Assembly: GCA_038231275.1 (NCBI GenBank) | Contig: JBBRLQ010000017.1 | Span: 64,001-128,000 of the forward strand | Origin: Polyangiales bacterium | GTDB lineage: Bacteria > Myxococcota_A > Polyangia > Polyangiales > Polyangiaceae | DNA length: 64,000 nt | Direction of reading: 5' to 3' | Part shown: in pieces, positions 9,435 through 18,615 of the stretch | Layout of the letters: every line of letters starts with the position of its first letter | Numbering within the stretch: the first letter of the stretch is position 1 | The notes under the pieces: generated by a model | What the model saw: the letters and a program-made list of their open reading frames with translations, nothing else | Told to the model about the DNA's origin: nothing | Databases searched by the model: none | Position numbers and translations under genes: made by a program

Positions 9435-11719
9435 ACCGCGACGAGCTCGATGTCGAACACCAGGATCGCGTTCGCGGGGATGGATTTTCCCATGCCGTGG
9501 TTGCCGAACGCGAGCTCGGGAGGGATCGTCGCGCGACGCTTGCCGCCGACGCGCATGCCCGGGATCGCCCTGTTCCACCCTGCGATCGCGCCGCCGGAGC
9601 CGAGGCGGAACGAGTGCGGGCTCTTGCCGTAGGTCGACTCCACCTCGCGGCCGTCGACGAGGCGCGCGCGGTAGTGGATCGCGATCTCGCTGCCCGGGAT
9701 CGCCTCCGCGCCCTTGCCCACGACGAGATCGACGACGCTGAACTTCGAGCCGATGCCGGTCAGCGGCCGGACCGGAGGACCGCTGTTCCCTGCGACGGCG
9801 CCGCGCGGCGCATCGGCGATCTGCTGCGCGACGAGCTTCTTCACGCGCGGTCCGTTCGAGCCGCCAGCCACCACCCACGGCCCGATCACGAGCGTGGGCA
9901 CGGCGACGATGCCGTTCTCGGCAGCGGCCTTCTCGTCCGCCTCGATGAGGGGTCTGTGCACGTGCCCGTCGAGCGCCTTGCGCAGCTTGTCGATGTCGAG
10001 CCCGATGGCCTTGGCGTGCGTCTCGACGTCGTCGCGCGTGAGGTTCGTGGTCGTTGCGTTGAGGCGATCGTGCATGCGCCAGAAGCCCTCGCTTCCCTTT
10101 TGCGCGTAGGCCTCGCGTGCGGCCTCAGCGGCGAGCGGATCGGCGAGGTGCTGCGACATCGGCAGATCTCGCCAGACCACCTTGACGACGCCGGGGTTCT
10201 TGTTGGCGACGTCCTCGAGGAACGCGTCGACGCGGCGGCACGGACCGCACTGGAAATCCGAGAACGCCTGGATGACGAGCGGCCCCGCTTGCGCACCTTT
10301 CCATGGCGAGCTCGGGCCGAACGGGATGTTCTTCTTCACCGGCTCGCTCGGCTGGCCGTCCTTGATGAACCAGTCGTAGAGCGCCTGCGGCTCGATGCCG
10401 CTCCTCAGGATGCCCTCCGCTTTTTTGATCTCTTCCTCGACCATCGCGCTCACCCGCTCGTACGACTGCTCGCCGATGAGGCGGCGGCCGTTCACGAAGA
10501 GCTGCGGCGAGACGGTGATCTCGAGGTCCTCGGCGAGCTCCTCATCGGCCTCGACGTCGCGCTTGGACGACTGCGCCTTCACCATCGGGAGGATGACCTT
10601 GGGATCGAGATCGGCCGCGCGCGTCAGCATCTCCAGATCGCCGTCGTCGAGGTGCGCCGCGCCGAAGAGGCGGTCGTGCATATCCCAGAAGCCTTGATCG
10701 CCACGCTGCGCGCGCGCCGCGCGGGCCAAGTACACCGCGGGGTGCACGCGCATGTGCGACGGAGGTGGGCCGTCCTTCCACACGATGCGCACGCGGCTCG
10801 AGAACGAGCTCGTCACCTTTTCCAGAGCTTGCGAGGTGCGTTGGCACGCGGGGCAGTCGAACGCCGAGAAGGCCACGATCGTCACGAGCGCGGTCGGCTT
10901 TCCGCGCACCGGCGACGACGCAAGCGGAACGCGCCAGATGGCCTTCGGATCGAGCAGCTCGTTGTTCTCGCGCGAACCGCCCGGCGCGAACAGGTTCGCC
11001 GCGACGGCGCGCTCGTAGATGTCCGCGCGGGCGACGCCGGCTTGCTCCAGCGCCTTCGCCTTCGCCAGCTCCACCTCGACGGCGCTCTTCAGCGCACCTT
11101 CGGACGCCGATCCGGAGAGCGCCACCCCGTTGATGAACGTCATCGGAGGCTCCGCCGCCCCCACTCGCCGTGCCAACGCGATGTCGCGCTCGACCTTTTC
11201 GGCCCACGTCCCCGCCTCGAGCCCGCGATCGAGCTCTTGCGGCGTCAGCCCAGCGGCGAGGGCCCACTGGCGAATCGTCGACGGTGATGCCGGCTGCTGC
11301 TCGCGCGACGCCAGATCGCGGTACCGCAAGAACGCGCCGATCCCCTTGGCCGTGTACACGCCTTGCCCCACCGTCGCCGCAAATTTTGCCTGCAGCGCGG
11401 TGGGCGCGGGCGCATTCTTGTAAACGACGCGCAGCGTGTCGACCGGGTACGCGTCGCGCACGCGATCCGCGATCGGCACGATCGCCTTGGCCGCTGGGCT
11501 CACGAAGTCGCTGAAGACGACGAGGGTCACGTACGCCAGCGTGTTCCCGCGGACCACGTCGTCGGGCTCGATCGGGATTCGCTCCTGCGCGACGCCAGCG
11601 TCGTCGGGCGACGCCGAATTCGGCAGGCTGGTCGACCTCACCTTCGGACCGCACGCAAAAGCGGCGGCAAGCGCAAGAGCGAGGAGGAGCGACGTGAGGA
11701 CGCGACGAGGCATCTGCAC
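9428..11719 (-). CDS. lipoprotein with three DsbA/thioredoxin-fold domains and a C-terminal FKBP-type PPIase
   Basis: Lipobox AFAC; FSDFVSPA, FSAFDCPAC, FSDFQCGPC; FKBP motifs IHYRARL, IAGWNRAIPGMRVGGKR, IPPELAFG, LVFDIEL. Confidence 0.9.
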   Translation of the reverse strand: MQMPRRVLTSLLLALALAAAFACGPKVRSTSLPNSASPDDAGVAQERIPIEPDDVVRGNTLAYVTLVVFSDFVSPAAKAIVPIADRVRDAYPVDTLRVVYKNAPAPTALQAKFAATVGQGVYTAKGIGAFLRYRDLASREQQPASPSTIRQWALAAGLTPQELDRGLEAGTWAEKVERDIALARRVGAAEPPMTFINGVALSGSASEGALKSAVEVELAKAKALEQAGVARADIYERAVAANLFAPGGSRENNELLDPKAIWRVPLASSPVRGKPTALVTIVAFSAFDCPACQRTSQALEKVTSSFSSRVRIVWKDGPPPSHMRVHPAVYLARAARAQRGDQGFWDMHDRLFGAAHLDDGDLEMLTRAADLDPKVILPMVKAQSSKRDVEADEELAEDLEITVSPQLFVNGRRLIGEQSYERVSAMVEEEIKKAEGILRSGIEPQALYDWFIKDGQPSEPVKKNIPFGPSSPWKGAQAGPLVIQAFSDFQCGPCRRVDAFLEDVANKNPGVVKVVWRDLPMSQHLADPLAAEAAREAYAQKGSEGFWRMHDRLNATTTNLTRDDVETHAKAIGLDIDKLRKALDGHVHRPLIEADEKAAAENGIVAVPTLVIGPWVVAGGSNGPRVKKLVAQQIADAPRGAVAGNSGPPVRPLTGIGSKFSVVDLVVGKGAEAIPGSEIAIHYRARLVDGREVESTYGKSPHSFRLGSGGAIAGWNRAIPGMRVGGKRRATIPPELAFGNHGMGKSIPANAILVFDIELVAVQ

Positions 11720-11873
11720 CCTGAGTATTGCGTGCTTCGCGTCTGCGCGGAAGGGGACGCGCGATGTTCGCGCCCGTCGAAGCTCGGTTCTGATCTAGAG
11801 GCAGCGTGCTGGAGGGAGGTCGGCCCCGTGGGTTCCACGCGCCGCCGCTCGCGTTTTGTGAGAACGTGGACGC

Positions 11874-13496
11874 GTGGGTGCCGCTAGCGACAGCGCGTGG
11901 ACGCGGCGCGCTCCTTGGATTGCGGGTCTGCTCCTCGCCGCGCCGATCCTCGCCCTGCGTTACCCGCCGATGGGCGATCTGGCGATGCACGAGGCGCTCG
12001 TCGCGATCCTCCGGCACTGGCGCGATCCGGCGTGGGCCCCGCCCGGCCTCTACAGCGTGGTGGCGCCGCAAGCCAACCAGCTGTTCCAGCTCCTCGCCGC
12101 GGGCCTCGCCTACGTGCTCGGGCGCACCGATCTGGCGTGCAAGGTCCTGGTCGCCGCCATCGTCGCGGGGAGCACCGTCGTCACGGCGAGATCGCTCGCT
12201 CGCTCGGGCCGCGCGCCGATCGCCGCGCTCCTCGTCGCTCCGATCGTGTGCGGGTGGATGTTCACCTGGGGGCTCGTGGCCAACATGCTCGGATTCGTGC
12301 TCCTCGCGGCGTCATTTCCGCTCGCCGAGTCGGTGGCGCGAAGGCCGACGCGTCGCAGCGTCGTGGCCGCGACCGCGACGGTCTGCGTGCTCTTCTTCGC
12401 GCACGAGTCGACCGCGCTCTCGTTCGCCTTGATTCTCGGCGTCCTGAGCGTCGTCCGCGCATCGCGTCCGCTGCCGCTCCTCGCGAGGAGCGCTCCCATC
12501 GTCGTCACCCTCGCGCTCGCGATTGCGCAGTGGCGTGCGAGTCGCGGCCTCGTCGGCGCGAACATGGCCGCGATCGGGAACGACTACGGGGACGATCCGG
12601 CGGCGCGCCTCGGGATGCTGCCGGGCGCGCTCTTCGGCGGCGTCGACCAGACGAACCATGTCGTCCTCGCCGCGCTCTTGCTCGTCGCCGTCGTGATGGG
12701 GGCGCTCGCCAACCGAGGCCTCGCGCGGCGGCGCGTCTTCCCGTTGCGCGTCGCGCTCTGGAGGTACCGGCACGCCGTCCTCGCCGCGCTGTTCTTGGTT
12801 CTTTTCCTTGGATTTCCGATGTCCCTCGGCGGCAACACGCTCTTGGCGCACCGCTTTTTGCCGGTGGCGGCGCTCTTTCTCGTGGTCGCGTGTGCTCCGC
12901 GCGTCGCGACGCGCAGGTACGCCATCGTAGCGACGCTCGTGCCGCTCGTCACGTTGGGGCTCCTCGCGAGGACGTACGCAGAGAACGATCGACGCCAGCG
13001 CGATCTCGACGCCGTCCTCGCGCACCTGCCCATGGGCGTCGCCGTGGCGCAGCTCGACCTGACGCCGTTGCCGAGCGGGCGTGTCGCGCCGGTGCCGGGC
13101 CTCGCGAGCCGCGCGCAAGCGGAGCGCGGCGGGCGCATGCTCTTTGCGCTCACCGACATGCCGCCGAACCCGATCTACGTACGCGCCGACGCACGCTGGA
13201 ACGAGCCGATGCTCCGGCTGGCGCACGCGCCGTTCGCGTTCATGCCGACCCACGACGCCCGACGCTTCGCGTACCTGCTCACGTTGAACCGCAGCCCGGC
13301 GGGGCGCCCTCGCGTGCGCGCGGCGCTAGCGCCGGAGGACGAGCTCGTCGCCTCCGAAGGAGAGTGGGATCTCTATCGCTCGACCTTGCCGACGGTCCCT
13401 CTCGACGCTCCGGACGCGCCGCTCCCCTCGCCACCTCCCGAGACGCTGGCCGATCGCGTAAATCGTCACGCGATCGGCGCGGTGCCGGCGCGCTGA
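11874..13496 (+). CDS. polytopic membrane protein, possibly GT-C-like glycosyl/modifying transferase
   Basis: About 10-12 hydrophobic segments, early loop motif PPMGDLAMH, soluble C-terminal domain; function inferred only. Confidence 0.7.
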   Translation: MGAASDSAWTRRAPWIAGLLLAAPILALRYPPMGDLAMHEALVAILRHWRDPAWAPPGLYSVVAPQANQLFQLLAAGLAYVLGRTDLACKVLVAAIVAGSTVVTARSLARSGRAPIAALLVAPIVCGWMFTWGLVANMLGFVLLAASFPLAESVARRPTRRSVVAATATVCVLFFAHESTALSFALILGVLSVVRASRPLPLLARSAPIVVTLALAIAQWRASRGLVGANMAAIGNDYGDDPAARLGMLPGALFGGVDQTNHVVLAALLLVAVVMGALANRGLARRRVFPLRVALWRYRHAVLAALFLVLFLGFPMSLGGNTLLAHRFLPVAALFLVVACAPRVATRRYAIVATLVPLVTLGLLARTYAENDRRQRDLDAVLAHLPMGVAVAQLDLTPLPSGRVAPVPGLASRAQAERGGRMLFALTDMPPNPIYVRADARWNEPMLRLAHAPFAFMPTHDARRFAYLLTLNRSPAGRPRVRAALAPEDELVASEGEWDLYRSTLPTVPLDAPDAPLPSPPPETLADRVNRHAIGAVPAR

Positions 13497-13581
13497 CGAT
13501 CCGCGCGCGCGGGGGGAGCCGCACCGGGCGCGTGCTGGGCAGGCGACGGCGGGTGCCGAAACGCGTGGTAGCTTCCGCAGC

Positions 13582-14619
13582 ATGCAGACGGAAGCGATGG
13601 TGCTACGCAAGCACGGCGGCCCCGAGGTCCTCGAGCGCGCCATGGTGGATTTGCCCGAGCCCGGCCCGCGCGAGGTCCGCGTTCGTGTTCGAGCCGTCGC
13701 CGTGAATCACCTCGACCTGTGGACGCGACGCGGCCTGCCGAACATGCGGCTCGAGTACCCTCATCGCCTCGGCGCCGACGTCGTCGGAGAGGTCGACGCA
13801 CTCGGCCCTGGCGCGCGCGGCTGCAAGGTCGGCGACAAGATCGTGGTGAACCCGGGCGTCTCGTGCGGCGCATGCGAGCGCTGTCTCGGCGGACACGACA
13901 ACCTCTGCAAGTCGTACGGCATCTTCGGCGAGAACCTCCAGGGCGGCTACGCGCAGCACATGAACGTGCCCGACGCGAACCTCCTCCCCTACCCCGGCGA
14001 TCTCCCGTTCACCGACGTCGCCGCGATCCCGCTCACCTTCCTCACCGCGTGGCAGATGGTCGTCCACAAGGCGAAGGTGGTGCCGGGCCAGACGGTGCTC
14101 GTGCAAGCGGCGGGCAGCGGCGTTTCCACTGCGGCGATCCAGATCGCCAAGCTCCACGGCGCCCGCGTCTTCGCCACCGCCGGCACGCCCGAAAAATGCG
14201 CGCGCGCGCTGGCCCTCGGCGCCGACGCCGCCATCGACTACGTCCGCCAGGATTTCGTCGCCGAGACGCGCAAGCTCACGAACAAGCTCGGCGTCGACGC
14301 GGTCATCGAGCACGTGGGCGGCGAGGTCTTCGTGAAGAGCGTCCTCGCCACGCGCTGGGGCGGGCGCGTCGTCACCTGCGGGGCGACGAGCGGCTTCGAG
14401 CCCAAGCTCGATCTGCGTCAGATCTTCTTCCGCCAAATCGAGGTGCTCGGTTCGACGATGGGGAGCAAAGCCGATCTCTTCCGCATCTTGCCCCTCGTCG
14501 CCGCCGGCCGCCTGCGCCCGGTCGTCGATCGCGTCCTCCCCTTGTGGCAGGCCGCGGAGGCCCATACCGTCCTCGAAGAGAGAAAAGCGTTCGGAAAAGT
14601 GGTACTAGAGGTGTCCTGA
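13582..14619 (+). CDS. zinc-binding alcohol dehydrogenase / MDR-family oxidoreductase
   Basis: Structural-Zn motif CGACERC..NLC; AAGSGVS nucleotide-binding loop; GGYAQ; FGKVVL. Confidence 0.93.
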   Translation: MQTEAMVLRKHGGPEVLERAMVDLPEPGPREVRVRVRAVAVNHLDLWTRRGLPNMRLEYPHRLGADVVGEVDALGPGARGCKVGDKIVVNPGVSCGACERCLGGHDNLCKSYGIFGENLQGGYAQHMNVPDANLLPYPGDLPFTDVAAIPLTFLTAWQMVVHKAKVVPGQTVLVQAAGSGVSTAAIQIAKLHGARVFATAGTPEKCARALALGADAAIDYVRQDFVAETRKLTNKLGVDAVIEHVGGEVFVKSVLATRWGGRVVTCGATSGFEPKLDLRQIFFRQIEVLGSTMGSKADLFRILPLVAAGRLRPVVDRVLPLWQAAEAHTVLEERKAFGKVVLEVS

Positions 14620-14828
14620 TGATCGATCCCCGCCACATCCTCTTCGGCAAGCCCGCGCTCCAGAAGGGCACCGTCCAGCTCTTCATCGGCCTGCACCTGC
14701 TTCTCGCGGGCGTGATTGGCCTCCTCCTCACCCACGAAGACTTCCTGTGGGCGCTCGTCGCGCTCGGCGCCGCGGTGGCGTGCATCGGCTCCTTCAAGCT
14801 GAGCGATCCCACCGGCTCCCGTACCTGA
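14619..14828 (+). CDS. small two-TM membrane protein (69 aa)
   Basis: TGATG coupling to the dehydrogenase; MIDPRHILFGKPALQKG followed by two hydrophobic helices. Confidence 0.7.
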   Translation: MIDPRHILFGKPALQKGTVQLFIGLHLLLAGVIGLLLTHEDFLWALVALGAAVACIGSFKLSDPTGSRT

Positions 14829-14902
14829 CGGGCCCGGCCACCCCAGCGCCACTGCCTCGCCCGCGCGCTGAACTCCGCGCACGGAAGTGCTAGTCTCACG
14901 GC

Positions 14903-15064
14903 ATGCGGTCGGGGGTGAGCCACATCATATTCGGCGTGATCCTCCTCGGAGCAGGCGTCGCCGTTACGATGATGAGCCAAGAGGTCTACTGGTGGGGCGC
15001 CATCGTCGTCGGCGTCATCGAGATCATCCGCGGCATCGTCATCTCGCTCCGCGCGCGCGGCTGA
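14903..15064 (+). CDS. 53-aa two-TM small protein (absent from the ORF track)
   Basis: Hand translation MRSGVSHIIFGVILLGAGVAVTMMSQEVYWWGAIVVGVIEIIRGIVISLRARG*; GC3-rich codons; TGcTAGTCT 6 nt upstream. Confidence 0.72.
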   Translation: MRSGVSHIIFGVILLGAGVAVTMMSQEVYWWGAIVVGVIEIIRGIVISLRARG

Positions 15065-15083
15065 CCGGACACGCCCCGCGACG

Positions 15084-16361
15084 ATGAAGTCGGCACGCGA
15101 GCTCACGCTCCTCGATTGCTTCGGCCTCGGCATCAACGGGATCATCGGATCCGGCATTTTCCTGCTGCCGGCGATCCTCTTTCGTAGAGCGGGCGGAGCG
15201 GCGCCGTTGGCGTGGCTGCTGGTGGGTGCGTTCTGCTCGCTCGTGGCCCTCGCGTTCGCGGAGGCCGCGGGGCGAACGGATCGGCAAGGCGGCCCCTACC
15301 GCTACGCGATGGATGCGTTCGGACCGTGGGCGGCGCTCCTCGTCGGCTGGACGTCGCTCGTGAGCACGACGCTGGGATTCTCGGCGGTCTCGCACGCGTT
15401 CGCGGAGCACGCGGCGGTGTGGGCGGGCACGCGTGAGCCGCTGGCGCAGCACGCCGTCGTCGCGCTCCTCGTCATCGGGCTCTCCACCGTCAACGCGATC
15501 GGCGCGCGACCCGGCGCACGGACGTCGGCGGTCGTCAGCGTGGTGAAGGTCGCCGCGCTCCTCCTCTTTTGTGGGCTCGGTCTCCCGCACGTCGGCGCGG
15601 CCTCCTTCGCCGCGCTCCCCTCGCCCGACGTCGCGGAGTCGAGCGGCATCCTCGCCGCGGCTTCGGCGGGCCTCTTCGCGACGACCGGCTTCGAGTACGT
15701 GCCGGTGCCCGCCGGCGAGGCGCGCAGCCCGCAGCGCGACGTCGGCATCGCCGTCGTCGGAAGCGTCCTCGGCGCGACGGCGATCTACGCGATGGTGCAG
15801 CTCGTCATCGACGCAAGCGCCCCCAACCTCGCGCACGCCAAGACCCCGCTCGTCGACGCGGCGGCGGCGCTGTTCGGCCCCCTCGGCGCACACCTCATGT
15901 TCGCGGCGGCGCTCGTCAGCGCGTTCGGGTTCTGCTCGGGCTCCGCGCTGGTGGCGCCGCGGTACGTCGAGTCGCTCGCCGCCGACGGCTTTCTGCCGGC
16001 GATCTTCGCGCGACGCTCCGCACGCGGCACGCCGACCGCCGCCATCGTCCTCGTGGCGGTCGTCGTCATGATCCTCGCAACGAACCTCGACTTCGTGCGC
16101 CTCGCCGACGTCTCGGTGGTCGCGATCGTGGTGCAGTACATCGGGACGGCGCTCGCCGTCATCGCGATGCGCCGCAAGGAGGGCCCCAGTCCCGGCTTCC
16201 GGCTGCCCTTCGGGCCCGTCATTCCGATCCTCGCCGCGGCCGGCAGCACGATGTTCCTCGTCATCGCCGATCACCGCGACGTTCTCGTCGGCGCCGTCGT
16301 CCTCGCGGCCGGCGGACTGATCGGCGGCGTTTTACGCAGCCGCACGCGCGCGCGCGCCTGA
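15084..16361 (+). CDS. APC-family amino acid permease
   Basis: GINGIIGSGIFLLP, GGPYRYA, GFE..PVPAGEARSPQRD; about 12 TM. Confidence 0.93.
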   Translation: MKSARELTLLDCFGLGINGIIGSGIFLLPAILFRRAGGAAPLAWLLVGAFCSLVALAFAEAAGRTDRQGGPYRYAMDAFGPWAALLVGWTSLVSTTLGFSAVSHAFAEHAAVWAGTREPLAQHAVVALLVIGLSTVNAIGARPGARTSAVVSVVKVAALLLFCGLGLPHVGAASFAALPSPDVAESSGILAAASAGLFATTGFEYVPVPAGEARSPQRDVGIAVVGSVLGATAIYAMVQLVIDASAPNLAHAKTPLVDAAAALFGPLGAHLMFAAALVSAFGFCSGSALVAPRYVESLAADGFLPAIFARRSARGTPTAAIVLVAVVVMILATNLDFVRLADVSVVAIVVQYIGTALAVIAMRRKEGPSPGFRLPFGPVIPILAAAGSTMFLVIADHRDVLVGAVVLAAGGLIGGVLRSRTRARA

Positions 16362-16374
16362 CGCGCTTTTCGTA

Positions 16375-16401
16375 GCAACTTTCCACGCGCGATGCCGATG
16401 G
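16375..16401 (+). promoter_or_regulatory. sigma28/FliA-like promoter candidate
   Basis: GCAA-N15-GCCGATGG against consensus TAAA-N15-GCCGATAA; followed by AGGAGG and ATG 16421. Confidence 0.45.
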
Positions 16402-16420
16402 GGTGACAGGAGGCCCTCCC

Positions 16421-17224
16421 ATGGCGATCGACGGCACGACCCGCAACAACACGTATTCGGACCGAGAGCTCGAACGACTCCGCGAGCATCAAGACGACAC
16501 GACGCGCGGCGCGATCAACCAGATCGGCGCGCACGCCGGGCTCACGCAGACCTACCTCGTCCGTGGCGACGACAAGAGCGAGCGCGAGATCGTCCTTGCC
16601 CACAAGACCGCCACGCGCGCGGAAGGGCCCGGCATCATCGCAGAGCAAGCGGCGGACTTCGCGGTGGAGCAAGCTGCGGAGAAGGTGCTCGGGGTCGAGG
16701 TGAGCCTCATCACGCTGCCGATCAACGTTCTGAAATTCGGCTACGAAGCGCTCAAGCACATCGCCGAGGACAACAAGGTCGGGCACGAGCGCGCGGGCGC
16801 GCTGACCAAGGACGCGATGCACATCGTGCTCATGGGCAACCTGAACGGCTTGCCGAAGGAGTACGTAGAGAACCAGCTCGGGCGCTACACGGACAGCGAG
16901 AAGAAGTCGAACCTCGTCCAGAGCATGTACCGCGCGCTCGGCCGCGGCGACGACCACCAGGCGTTGCTCACGATGCAGCTGCACTGCGATCAGGGCATGA
17001 ACGCCGCGCGCGGCATGTGCGACGCGAACCTGGACGCGAAGGCGTTCCTCGCCTCCCACCCCGACGCCGCAAAGCGCTGCGCCGAGGATCCGGCGTTCAA
17101 GGCAGGCTTCGACGGCGTCGCGTGGGCGAAGCAAAAGGGGCCCGCCGAATACGGCGCCGTCGTCAAAGAGCTGGAAGGCCGAGATGCCCGCTACGAAGGC
17201 GCGCACGTCGCGTGGAGGGCGTGA
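16421..17224 (+). CDS. hypothetical protein (267 aa)
   Basis: AGGAGG SD before ATG 16421; typical coding codon bias; no family recognised. Confidence 0.8.
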   Translation: MAIDGTTRNNTYSDRELERLREHQDDTTRGAINQIGAHAGLTQTYLVRGDDKSEREIVLAHKTATRAEGPGIIAEQAADFAVEQAAEKVLGVEVSLITLPINVLKFGYEALKHIAEDNKVGHERAGALTKDAMHIVLMGNLNGLPKEYVENQLGRYTDSEKKSNLVQSMYRALGRGDDHQALLTMQLHCDQGMNAARGMCDANLDAKAFLASHPDAAKRCAEDPAFKAGFDGVAWAKQKGPAEYGAVVKELEGRDARYEGAHVAWRA

Positions 17225-17556
17225 TGAGCGCGTACCGCACCCTGCCAGCGGCGCCGACGCCGACGACCCTGGCCTGGCACGTCACCTGGACCGGACGCGG
17301 CCTTCTGGCGGCGATCGCGGCGCAAGGCGTCACGACCGGCCACCACATCGTCTACGCGCTTCTCCGCGGCGACTCCGACGACATTTTTTCCGCAGCGCTC
17401 AACGCGGTGATGCTCGCGATCACCGTCGCCTATGTCCTTCTGAAGGCGCGCCTCGCGCCGTGGAAGCTGCGCCGAATCGACGACGCCGCCAACGCGGCCA
17501 TCGCCGAGTTCGATCGGATGGAGGTCGAGGAATACGACTCGAAGAAGATGTGTTAG
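17224..17556 (+). CDS. hypothetical membrane protein (110 aa)
   Basis: TGATG coupling to the upstream gene; two hydrophobic segments; ends 10 nt before moxR. Confidence 0.65.
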   Translation: MSAYRTLPAAPTPTTLAWHVTWTGRGLLAAIAAQGVTTGHHIVYALLRGDSDDIFSAALNAVMLAITVAYVLLKARLAPWKLRRIDDAANAAIAEFDRMEVEEYDSKKMC

Positions 17557-17566
17557 ACGAAACGCC

Positions 17567-18553
17567 ATGTATGACGTTCGTGCCCTGAACGAGCTCGTCG
17601 CGAAGGAGAGCGCCTTCGTCGACAAGGTGACCACCGAGGTCGGCAAGGTCATCGTCGGCCAGAAGTACATGATCGAGCGGATCCTCATCGGTCTGCTCAC
17701 CGGCGGTCATGTGCTCCTGGAAGGCGTCCCCGGCCTCGCCAAGACGCTGACCGTCCGCACCCTGTGCGACGCGATCAGCGCAAAATTCGCGCGGATCCAG
17801 TTCACGCCGGACCTCTTGCCGGCCGACGTGATCGGGACCGTCATCTACAACCAGCAGAAGGGCGAGTTCACCTCGAAGCTCGGACCTGTCTTCGCGAACC
17901 TCGTCCTCGCCGATGAGATCAACCGCGCGCCCGCCAAGGTGCAGAGCGCGCTGCTCGAGGCGATGCAAGAGCGCCAGGTCACCATCGGCGATCGGACCTA
18001 CCCGCTCCCGTCGCCGTTCATCGTCATGGCGACGCAAAACCCGATCGAGCAGGAGGGCACCTATCCCCTGCCCGAGGCGCAGGTCGATCGCTTCATGCTC
18101 ATGGTCCGCGTCGGGTATCCGTCGCGCGAGGACGAGCGCACCATCATGGACCGCATGACCGCCGCCGAGCCGACGCGCGCCGAGCCCGTCATCACGCCGC
18201 AGCAACTCCTCGACGCGCGCCGCACGATCACGCAGGTGTACGTCGACGACAAGGTGAAGGACTACATCGTCGAGGTGGTCTTCGCGACGCGCGAGCCGCA
18301 GAAGCATGGGCTAAAGGATCTCGCGCCGCTCATCGAGTACGGCGCGAGCCCGCGCGCATCGATCGCCCTGAATTTCGCGGCGCGCGCGCACGCGTTCCTG
18401 CGCCACCGCGGCTACGTGACGCCGGAGGACGTCAAGGCGGTCGGGCCCGACGTGCTTCGTCACCGCTTGGTGCTCACCTACGAGGCGGACGCCGAAGAGG
18501 TCACCGCCGAGCAGATCGTTCGTCGCGTGTTCGAGGTGGTCGAGGTCCCCTGA
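17567..18553 (+). CDS. moxR: MoxR-family AAA+ ATPase
   Basis: LLEGVPGLAKT, RIQFTPDLLPAD, LADEINRAPAKVQSALLEAMQE, ATQNPIEQEGTYPLPEAQVDRF. Confidence 0.97.
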   Translation: MYDVRALNELVAKESAFVDKVTTEVGKVIVGQKYMIERILIGLLTGGHVLLEGVPGLAKTLTVRTLCDAISAKFARIQFTPDLLPADVIGTVIYNQQKGEFTSKLGPVFANLVLADEINRAPAKVQSALLEAMQERQVTIGDRTYPLPSPFIVMATQNPIEQEGTYPLPEAQVDRFMLMVRVGYPSREDERTIMDRMTAAEPTRAEPVITPQQLLDARRTITQVYVDDKVKDYIVEVVFATREPQKHGLKDLAPLIEYGASPRASIALNFAARAHAFLRHRGYVTPEDVKAVGPDVLRHRLVLTYEADAEEVTAEQIVRRVFEVVEVP

Positions 18554-18615
18554 CGGCGCCTCGCCGGAGCCGGGATTCTCGGGAAGATTTTTCTGGATCG
18601 CGCGTATGCCGCGAA

